Source: an uncultured virus (IMG/VR IMGVR_UViG_3300046832_003565)
Lineage: Duplodnaviria; Heunggongvirae; Uroviricota; Caudoviricetes
IMG/VR virus record: IMGVR_UViG_3300046832_003565
Strand: one strand, 5' to 3'
Length of the DNA stretch: 64,000 bases
This document shows positions 56,150-64,000 of the stretch, piece after piece. Made by a program: the position numbers and the translations under genes. The notes beneath the pieces were generated by a model. That model was not told where the DNA came from and did no database searches. It saw only the letters and a program-made list of their open reading frames with translations. The stretch's first letter is position 1, and each line of letters begins with the position of its first letter.

Positions 56150-58504
56150 ATGTGGTACAAATTTTCTAAAAATGTCTTTTCAGCTTCAGCGCAAATAACA
56201 AAATTTCTTTCTCCTTTGCCTGTTCCAGAAGTGATTGAAAAAGCGCCTAGTAATATACAATTAGAACTTGCATATTGTTACATCGTTGCAGAAAACAGAG
56301 ATTCAGCAGAAATAAAATTAGCACTTAATCATCTTTCTGAAAAAATGTTTGAATTAAAACAAAGAAATGTAATTACCACTAAAGTATCAAAAAAATCTCT
56401 AGAAATAAGCTCTTCTTTTGACGAAGTTGATTTTGATGATTTTGAAGCTATTGTTGAACATATTGATTATTTGGATTCCCAATTGAAACCAAAAAAAGAT
56501 ATGGCAGCAACATTGGACATGAATCCTGTAATCGCTAATGGAAAAATCAAAGTATACAATCCAAAAACTTACGAAGAGTCAGAAAAAGTATGTGTAGGAA
56601 CATCGTGGTGTATTGGTGATCGTTCCACTGGAATGTTCTTAAATTACAGATACAACAATGAAAGTAATTTTTATGTTGTAGAGGATCCAAACAGAAAGTA
56701 TCCATTCCGTAAAGTGGCAATTGATGTTCGACCTAATGAAATTGAAATTACAGATGAAATAAATGATACTGGATTTACTTTAAAAGCTGAATTGATAGTT
56801 GATGGTAAAAGTTATGGAAAAAGTATCAAAGGCTATTTTAAATATTTAAGTGATATTTCTAATGGCGAAATAAAAGAAGAAGATTTTACACCAAGACCTT
56901 TATCGCCTGAAGAGCAAGAGACAAAATTAAAATTTGCTGATGAAAACAAAAGTTTATCTTGGTTTATGGACTTATCATATATGGACAAAGAAGCATATAT
57001 TTTAAGAAGATATGATTTGTCATTTGCTCAATTTATGTTTATGTATGAACGTAAAAATGTATTTAGAGAGCTATTAAATCTTGTTGCTACACAACGTCAA
57101 GATGAACGTATTCAAAGAGTTATTGAAAAAGATCCGATGTTGTATAGAACTAAATTACGTTCTGATCTTTTGTCCGTTGTTAATATTGGATTAGATGAAA
57201 ATAATTTTGACACAATAGTGCAATATAAATTATTCACTGTTCTTGACAGATATATTCAAAACTTTATTGGCAATGTTCCAAAAATATCACTGTCATATGC
57301 TCAATCTAATCAAGAGTTTAAAGATTACATGAAGAAGTTTCTTTCTGAAAAAATCTTTACCACGGAATTCGCTTTTGACTTAAGATTTTTCGAATTATTT
57401 ACAATTGATGAACTTCAATCTCTAGTTCCTACAATGAGCGAAATGTGCAAATCATCATTTAATTCAATAACTAATGTAGATGGAATTATCGATGCATTTG
57501 CTAATCAAGAAATCGACTTTGATCTTTTTGAAAAAGCTATTATAGATCAAATGGATGTTTTAGAAGCAATCAAAAAGACGCAAGAAACAATTTTATCCAA
57601 AAAATACAAAATTACAAAGCCATTTTATCTAACTAAAGATGTATTGACTATTGAATTTGTAACTGAATGTTTAAAAAATAATCTTATATCTGTAGAAATA
57701 TTAACTGGCAATCAAAGCTCTGGAGAAAATGTCTCCGGTGTGTATGGGTTTGGGCAAGATATAGAATTTGATGAAAGATTCAATCATACTGGTACAGTTG
57801 TAGCAGCAATGTCTGATGATTCTTATGACTCTTATAATTACGATTTAGCATTTGAATTGATAGCTATTGGCATGCAAACTGGTGCTTATAATTTACAATC
57901 TATTCCAAGAGAAATTCAACAATCGACTGGCGAATTAGGAGTTGAGGGACTTTTTGAAATTGTTGTAAATAGATCCAATAATATTTCCGACATACCATCA
58001 AACTTGCTTTCTGATGATGATTTTGTTAGACTTCTGATGAAATCCAATAAATTTACAAGAGAATACTTGGAAAATATTTCAGAAGAACAGAAAAATGCTT
58101 TGGCAGATGCTGCTGTAGGTATCATAAATTCTAAATATGAAAAACAATTTCTAATCAAAGATATTGCAAATGCAAAATTAGAATCAAAACTTAAAAAATT
58201 AAATCCATCATTGTTTACTACACCATCTACATCAGCAAGACCAGCAACTTTACCCGCAAATTCCTCGCAAAAAATGACAAGAGGTAGAGCAATGATAGCT
58301 CTTGGACTAAAACCAGGAGATAAGTATCATGAAAAAGAAGCTGATGCTCTAAATATAAGTAGTGAAATTACAAAAGTTCAATTTGATGCAATTAAGAAAA
58401 AGTTCGATGCTGACCGTGCTGGAGCAAGTGCAGAAGACTATGTTGATTTCAAATACATGTATGAAGATGACGATTCTGATGATGATGACTTTGACATTTA
58501 CTAA
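56150..58504 (+). CDS. MWY-tagged large WCI-domain protein
   Basis: GTSWCIG..F.NYR..FYVV.D..KVAID. Confidence 0.75.
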   Translation: MWYKFSKNVFSASAQITKFLSPLPVPEVIEKAPSNIQLELAYCYIVAENRDSAEIKLALNHLSEKMFELKQRNVITTKVSKKSLEISSSFDEVDFDDFEAIVEHIDYLDSQLKPKKDMAATLDMNPVIANGKIKVYNPKTYEESEKVCVGTSWCIGDRSTGMFLNYRYNNESNFYVVEDPNRKYPFRKVAIDVRPNEIEITDEINDTGFTLKAELIVDGKSYGKSIKGYFKYLSDISNGEIKEEDFTPRPLSPEEQETKLKFADENKSLSWFMDLSYMDKEAYILRRYDLSFAQFMFMYERKNVFRELLNLVATQRQDERIQRVIEKDPMLYRTKLRSDLLSVVNIGLDENNFDTIVQYKLFTVLDRYIQNFIGNVPKISLSYAQSNQEFKDYMKKFLSEKIFTTEFAFDLRFFELFTIDELQSLVPTMSEMCKSSFNSITNVDGIIDAFANQEIDFDLFEKAIIDQMDVLEAIKKTQETILSKKYKITKPFYLTKDVLTIEFVTECLKNNLISVEILTGNQSSGENVSGVYGFGQDIEFDERFNHTGTVVAAMSDDSYDSYNYDLAFELIAIGMQTGAYNLQSIPREIQQSTGELGVEGLFEIVVNRSNNISDIPSNLLSDDDFVRLLMKSNKFTREYLENISEEQKNALADAAVGIINSKYEKQFLIKDIANAKLESKLKKLNPSLFTTPSTSARPATLPANSSQKMTRGRAMIALGLKPGDKYHEKEADALNISSEITKVQFDAIKKKFDADRAGASAEDYVDFKYMYEDDDSDDDDFDIY

Positions 58505-58552
58505 AACAGTTATTTAATTGTTAAAGATTTGGTAAGTCGTCAATGTTTAGAA

Positions 58553-60178
58553 TTATGAGCCTTTTCTGTAAACATTATTATTGTATGATGCAAATTTTTC
58601 ATCATCCTTCAGTATTGTTTCTCTGATTTCTTTAGTATTGATAAAAGGAGTGATATTTTCTTGTTCATCTCCTCCATACCACCATTTTTTATATCCAGAA
58701 GGCAATTTAAACTCTTCGCCTCTTATGTCCTTGAATCTAAATGCGAAATTACTCTTTTCAAACCATTCTTGTATTTTTTCTGCAATTATGAACCACAAAA
58801 ATTCAGGTTGATTTTGATACCATTTTCCGAAATCTTCACCAGGTGAATCATCTTGATATTTTTCCTTCATGTTTTCATATTCTTTTGTAGCCACTTCAAG
58901 AAAAAATCTGGCATCCAAATATTTTCTAAAATCATGAGATATTGGACTTTGGCTTAGGGCTAATAAAGCTTTAGCCACCAATCCATCGTATATTTTTTCA
59001 GCATAATCTTCTAAATCATAATCTTCGATTGTATATTCTTTTCTATCGCCGTAACTATAAGCATCTCTATTTTTGTTTAAACCATTGGTAATCGAATCTA
59101 TAACATTTTGTGTTATATCTGTCATATTAGCCTGGTATAAATTTCCTTCACTGAATTTTTTATAATCAAATACTGGTGATCTGATACCAAATCTATTAAA
59201 ATCTTCAGGAGCATCATCATCGAGATCATCAACTTCATATTCTTCTGGACCATATATAGATCTGTGAATATTGTAATCTATTTCAGTTGGGTCATAAGTC
59301 CAATATATTCCTTCTTGCCAATCTTCAAAATGATCCAACATTGGATTGCGTCTGATATCTTTTTCAATATCGTCTTGGCTTTCAAAAAACTCTTTAATTT
59401 TTTCTACTAAATCATCTTCTGTAATTTTTTTATTATTATGCCCTTTGACTTGTTTAACTTTATCACCAACCACTTCTATTGTTACATGTGGTTGATTTCC
59501 AGGGTCTCTTAAGGAATAAATATTTGTATTGCCTCTTCTTACTTCATCCCAATATCCAGCAACACAGTGGTGCATTTTTGCGCCTTCTACATCTAAATCA
59601 TTTTCAGAAATCACTTCTACCATACTCCAGCCATCTGGGTATTTCATTATTTCATTTCTGTCAGCTGGATTGTAAAATTTACCTGAGCCTCTACCTTGCA
59701 ACATTGATTCCCATTGATCTGTATCTTGGACTACTTCCTCCCAAGATTTTAAGCCTAAATTATAATCGGGATCATTAATTTCAATATTATTTACAAAATC
59801 TTGAACATGAAGAGCTAATTCTAAAAAATTACCATGATCTCCAAAACCACCTTGTGGAATATTATGACTGTATTCTCCATCAGGTCTAGCTGGTTGAACT
59901 CTCCAACCTTTTAATTTATGAAAAAGCCAATTTTTAAATTTTTCATTTTGAAAACGAGCTAATATAAATTGTTCTTCTCTTGTTGGTTTATTTTGTCTGG
60001 ATAGATTTTCTAATTCTTGTAATGAAATGTTAGGATTTTTCTTTATAGCGCCTAGCATTTTACCTTTTGTAGCATCGTCATATTTTGAATTAGAAAAAAC
60101 AGATAATATAGATTCATCTACACCTTGTGTTCTTAGCTTTTCCACTTCATCTTGTAAATTTGCAAATCTATACCACAT
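58553..60178 (-). CDS. MWY-tagged PcfJ-domain protein
   Basis: EGAKMHHCVAGY..IYSLRD..PHVTIE..QVKG..N. Confidence 0.8.
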   Translation of the reverse strand: MWYRFANLQDEVEKLRTQGVDESILSVFSNSKYDDATKGKMLGAIKKNPNISLQELENLSRQNKPTREEQFILARFQNEKFKNWLFHKLKGWRVQPARPDGEYSHNIPQGGFGDHGNFLELALHVQDFVNNIEINDPDYNLGLKSWEEVVQDTDQWESMLQGRGSGKFYNPADRNEIMKYPDGWSMVEVISENDLDVEGAKMHHCVAGYWDEVRRGNTNIYSLRDPGNQPHVTIEVVGDKVKQVKGHNNKKITEDDLVEKIKEFFESQDDIEKDIRRNPMLDHFEDWQEGIYWTYDPTEIDYNIHRSIYGPEEYEVDDLDDDAPEDFNRFGIRSPVFDYKKFSEGNLYQANMTDITQNVIDSITNGLNKNRDAYSYGDRKEYTIEDYDLEDYAEKIYDGLVAKALLALSQSPISHDFRKYLDARFFLEVATKEYENMKEKYQDDSPGEDFGKWYQNQPEFLWFIIAEKIQEWFEKSNFAFRFKDIRGEEFKLPSGYKKWWYGGDEQENITPFINTKEIRETILKDDEKFASYNNNVYRKGS

Positions 60179-60180
60179 AA

Positions 60181-60972
60181 TTAATCCTCTTCAAATAAAT
60201 TGACATCAGAAGTTTGAAATTTTTGTTTATCATTAGATGGCAATCTTTCAATTTTATTTTTGACATCAAAATGCCATTGTGGTGCATCAGAAATTCCAGA
60301 AGGATCAAAACTTGCACTTCCCAATTCATTAGCCATATTTCTAACAAGCTTGAGTTTTTCTTCTTCTGGAAGATTAGAGTGTTCTTCTTTTATTTCTTTA
60401 TCATACGATTGGTAAGGATCAGTAGCTTCAATTGGAAAACCAAGCCCTTTGAATCTTGCCCAAAATGCTTCTTTTGAATGAACACGCCCAGTGATAAATT
60501 TTATATTTGGCTTTTGTATTTGAAGGTATTTTTTAAGCTCTTGATATAATTTTTTTCCAATTCCCCAATCAACTCTAGTAATTGAAGAATCATCAACCAA
60601 ATATCCAGCACTTGATAATTGGTCTAGATATTCAGATTTTTTTTTATCTTCTGGGTTAACAGGTTTTCCGTATTGTTTCTTGCCTTTAGATGTAGGATAT
60701 TCATATATTGATGTGTATATAATACGAGCGGTATCAGAACTGTCAGGAGCTTCGAAATCGATATAACCTAATTTTCTTCCATCATAAAGATAGGCATACA
60801 ATCTATATTCTTCTGGGTATTCATCATCTTCAATCACTTCAAACTTTAAATTATCCAAATCAAAACGTTTAGGTTTTTCACCAGGATTAAGTGGATAAGT
60901 ATTTTTACCAGAAAAATCCATATTGATTTGACCAGAAGGATCAACTTTAGTGATAGCTAATTTGTACCACAT
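60181..60972 (-). CDS. MWY-tagged GNAT-like protein
   Basis: LGYIDF..ARI..WGIGKKLYQEL pattern resembles GNAT motif A. Confidence 0.55.
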   Translation of the reverse strand: MWYKLAITKVDPSGQINMDFSGKNTYPLNPGEKPKRFDLDNLKFEVIEDDEYPEEYRLYAYLYDGRKLGYIDFEAPDSSDTARIIYTSIYEYPTSKGKKQYGKPVNPEDKKKSEYLDQLSSAGYLVDDSSITRVDWGIGKKLYQELKKYLQIQKPNIKFITGRVHSKEAFWARFKGLGFPIEATDPYQSYDKEIKEEHSNLPEEEKLKLVRNMANELGSASFDPSGISDAPQWHFDVKNKIERLPSNDKQKFQTSDVNLFEED

Positions 60973-63188
60973 TATAAATCTCTCTTTATCACTACTGCAA
61001 TACTGCCTGATGAAATCATTTGAGACAATTTTTCACGTTCATTTGAATCTTCAGAAAGTGTTGATTCATATTCTAAAGCAATTTCAATAACACTCTTTAA
61101 AGAATTGATATCGCCTTTTTTTATGTCGTCTATATATTCTTCCCACATCAAATGCAGTTCTTCAGTGATATCTGCAAAATAATTGCCATCATAATCAGGA
61201 TCAGGTCCTTCAGATTTTATTGTTTGCAAGCATTTACTTATGTAAAAATCTTTGATATTTTCTAATATTTGTTTGTTAGATATATCTTTAGAAGGTTTGA
61301 ATAAATCATTGTAGCTAAAATCAGACAGCCCCTCGTCTTGTACTGCTGCTAATCTAAACTTTTTATGATTGTAAGCATAAATCCATTTTTCGGGAGATAC
61401 ATCAGAGTTAGTGTCAAATAATTCTAACTGTCTATTTCTTCCATGGTTGTAGTTTCTGTATTTATTGTAAAATTTCACAACAGAACTTGGAGTGATAGGT
61501 GATAAATCTAAATTCAATCCGATTTTATTAGCTAATCCATAAAACTCAGATGGAAGATTTTTTAACATATATTCATACAATTCATCTGTAAAATAAACTG
61601 AATATACATCGTAGATTCCATCGTATTGTTTAAGTATTTTTTCGCCATCTTCATCAAATTTAGCTCTTCCACGTTTAGGTTCTCTACGATATGGCGACAT
61701 TGCTATATCATCTATTTCTTCTGGACTTTTATCTTTGAAGTTAAATAATCTTGCAGGACCGAGATCTTGTTCTCTAAATTTCCTACTTTGTGGTTCAGTA
61801 ATCTGTTCTAATTCTTCATCAATATAAGTCATTAAGTGATCCTTAACAACTTCAATTTTAAGTTTAGCTTTGACTTCTTTTTGATTAATCCCTAATGGAC
61901 GAGATTCTTTTGCATATTCTTTTAAGTAATTAATATCGTGGCGAATGAACATATCTCCAATATAAGAAATTAATTCTTCAAATCCTTCATAATTAATTTC
62001 TTCAGATGATTTGTAAAATTCTGGATCATCATAATAGCCACCACGGTTTTGTCCTATTTTATCTATCAAATAGTCAATATCAAATTCTTCAATAAATTCA
62101 TCTTCATCTACAGTAACAGGTCGTAAAGGAACTCCTAGACCGTCAGTTGAATCTTCATCAAAATATGGATTTAAGTATTCTTGTATAGATTCTAATGCTC
62201 TGTTTTCATCAGAACCTGATCTAAAATAAAATTCGTGATCATAAGTTTTATCTTTTGAATAATATTTTCCTTGATATATCCATTGCTGAATCAATTTCAA
62301 GTAATCATCTTTAGGTCTGGAATTGCCTTTGCCCTTAATTTGCTGAACAGAGTCTGGTAAATCAATTTCAATGGTTACATGTGGTTGGTTTGATTCATCA
62401 CGTAAAGAAAAGATTTCAATTGTACCCCTTTGAAATTGAGTAAAATAATTGTTAGTTCCTACACAGTGACCCATGATATCGCCTTCAATATCAAAATCAC
62501 TTTCTTCTGTTATCTTGACAATCATCCAACCAACATATTTATCAGATAAACCAATTCTATCAATTGTCTCTTTATCAAAAATGAATACGACATTTGGATC
62601 AACTATTTGTCCATTTTCTTTTTTAATCTTAGTAAATGTTTTTGTTGATGTTTGATTTGCAAGTTCTTCATGCCATCTGTCACTTGCTTGCATTGCTTGA
62701 TCAAGAGTCATTGAAAAAATATTGAATCTTGGGCTTTGATCTAAATGATCTACATACCAGTCAAATACATGTCTTATTTCTGTTCCAATCATGGTAACAG
62801 CGTTGTATGGCATGTTTGAAAATTTTGGGTAAGTGTAATTTTCAGGGTCAAACTGATTAGGTCTATAAGAAGGAATAGCCACTCTATCGACCCATTTGTA
62901 AAAGTTAGCTTTTTGCTCCTCAGATAGATTAGAATTGGTAACCAAAGTATCTATTTCAGAAAGCAATCTCATTTCTTGAATTGAAAGATTATTTGTCTTT
63001 TTTGGACTTAATTTTTCTTCTAACTCATTCCAAGACATTAATGGGTTTTGCATCAATGCGCCAATATATTTTCCTCTTAAGGCAAGATCTGCCATCTCTT
63101 GAAGCTTGGTAATATTGTCTTGGCTTACACCTTTTTCTTTAAGTGTTTCGAAAGCTTTTTCTGCATTTTGTGCAAGTTTATACCACAT
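60972..63188 (-). CDS. MWY-tagged PcfJ-domain protein
   Basis: EGDIMGHCVG..IFSLRD..PHVTIE..QIKGKGN. Confidence 0.8.
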   Translation of the reverse strand: MWYKLAQNAEKAFETLKEKGVSQDNITKLQEMADLALRGKYIGALMQNPLMSWNELEEKLSPKKTNNLSIQEMRLLSEIDTLVTNSNLSEEQKANFYKWVDRVAIPSYRPNQFDPENYTYPKFSNMPYNAVTMIGTEIRHVFDWYVDHLDQSPRFNIFSMTLDQAMQASDRWHEELANQTSTKTFTKIKKENGQIVDPNVVFIFDKETIDRIGLSDKYVGWMIVKITEESDFDIEGDIMGHCVGTNNYFTQFQRGTIEIFSLRDESNQPHVTIEIDLPDSVQQIKGKGNSRPKDDYLKLIQQWIYQGKYYSKDKTYDHEFYFRSGSDENRALESIQEYLNPYFDEDSTDGLGVPLRPVTVDEDEFIEEFDIDYLIDKIGQNRGGYYDDPEFYKSSEEINYEGFEELISYIGDMFIRHDINYLKEYAKESRPLGINQKEVKAKLKIEVVKDHLMTYIDEELEQITEPQSRKFREQDLGPARLFNFKDKSPEEIDDIAMSPYRREPKRGRAKFDEDGEKILKQYDGIYDVYSVYFTDELYEYMLKNLPSEFYGLANKIGLNLDLSPITPSSVVKFYNKYRNYNHGRNRQLELFDTNSDVSPEKWIYAYNHKKFRLAAVQDEGLSDFSYNDLFKPSKDISNKQILENIKDFYISKCLQTIKSEGPDPDYDGNYFADITEELHLMWEEYIDDIKKGDINSLKSVIEIALEYESTLSEDSNEREKLSQMISSGSIAVVIKRDL

Positions 63189-63189
63189 T

Positions 63190-63528
63190 TTATTTTACTT
63201 TCTTTTTAATTTTATATAAAACACTTACAGGATGATCGTTAATTAATGAAGCCCAATATCCAGGATTTATTTCTTCAGGAGAAACTAACACTTTGTAAAT
63301 TATAAGAGATTTTCTTCTGTCATTGAAAAAATTAGTGTCGCCAAAGTCTGTTGCTTCTTCAGGTGTAGTGGCTAATAATGATTTTGCTCTCAATACATTA
63401 AGATCAATTCTAGAACCATGATAAAAAACATATTTATCACCCTCTTTTTGAACTTGATGTCTTTGCAACCATTCTTCATTAGTTTCAGACGTTTGATTAA
63501 ACAAAGATTGAGAAATTCTATACCACAT
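63190..63528 (-). CDS. MWY-tagged ADP-ribosyltransferase-fold-like protein
   Basis: VFYHGS..L...LATTPEEA..FG..IYKV pattern. Confidence 0.5.
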   Translation of the reverse strand: MWYRISQSLFNQTSETNEEWLQRHQVQKEGDKYVFYHGSRIDLNVLRAKSLLATTPEEATDFGDTNFFNDRRKSLIIYKVLVSPEEINPGYWASLINDHPVSVLYKIKKKVK

Positions 63529-63529
63529 T

Positions 63530-64000
63530 TTAATATTCTCTTATATCTGACAAATATTCGCTATGTTTATATATGCTTACACTATCTGCTGTAAGTTCAA
63601 CATCATCAATTCTTGAAAAATCATAATAGCTATTACAAATTTCATAACAAGAATAAGGAATATCAATATCATAAACATCTACAGTTTCATCATCGTTTTC
63701 GTCAGAAGGAATGTCAAATGCTTCGTTTGAAACTGCGACAACTTGAACATATTCATGGTTGCAATGATTGCCTTCTTCATTCTGTGTAAGAACTGTAAAT
63801 TCTGGAAATTCTGCTTTTACTACATCAGCTATTTCTTTAGCAATATAATTGCAGATGCCTCCAACACCCCATGCATCTCTATATTCTTCTTCTGAATTAA
63901 ATTTCTTAGGATCCCAGTCATCATAAACTGATTGAGCAGCTGCAGCAATTTTTGAGCTGATTTTTCTTATTCTTTGAGCAATTGGATCATCATCTAAATA
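63530..64000 (-). CDS. 5'-truncated ORF, possible transglutaminase/papain-like Cys-His-Asp domain
   Basis: Open - frame from the window end: GGICNYIA..NHEYV..IDIPYSCYE. Confidence 0.5.
   Translation of the reverse strand, partial: YLDDDPIAQRIRKISSKIAAAAQSVYDDWDPKKFNSEEEYRDAWGVGGICNYIAKEIADVVKAEFPEFTVLTQNEEGNHCNHEYVQVVAVSNEAFDIPSDENDDETVDVYDIDIPYSCYEICNSYYDFSRIDDVELTADSVSIYKHSEYLSDIREY

Noticed and set aside
386..62655. Many short antisense or overlapping ORFs in the track (e.g. 386..592, 9705..10004, 36260..36703, 37549..37752, 47502..47909)
   Set aside because: Shadows of real genes or of the ncRNA; no RBS, promoter or motif support
1..64000. Stop-codon reassignment
   Set aside because: Long conserved genes are intact in the standard code, and TAA, TAG and TGA all end genes sensibly

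Overview
AT-rich 64 kb segment of what is most likely a large (jumbo/huge) tailed-phage genome in the standard genetic code. Markers are rIIA/rIIB, a UV-damage endonuclease, an NrdG-like radical SAM protein, RusA, a GH108 lysozyme, PcfJ-like proteins, three tRNAs plus one tRNA-like element, and no bacterial core operons. A DUF1559/H-X9-DG prepilin-like gene suggests an Armatimonadota-type host (inference). Four zones are visible. (1) 1-7 kb and 47-64 kb hold unrelated proteins that share short terminal tags (MWY[KR]-x-[AS]; LxKIAxxLDxxxxYxxADxIT), candidate virion-packaging/processing signals. (2) 7.0-7.8 kb is a candidate replication origin with six 11-bp phased repeats and a C-to-G skew flip, followed by about 7 kb with roughly 30 same-strand TTCGAG motifs. 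(3) 14.8-46.1 kb is a cassette-like early/accessory region punctuated by 25 copies of a 52-61 bp bipartite palindrome (TTG box fixed 16 bp from a covarying inner stem), with many leaderless genes, several promoter-driven anti-AUG/anti-SD small RNA candidates, a ~310-nt structured ncRNA candidate, an ArfA/BrfA-like non-stop ORF and a split restriction-modification-like locus. (4) A G-run repeat cluster at 46.8-47.1 kb closes that region. All calls come from reading the sequence by eye; no database searches or folding programs were run.
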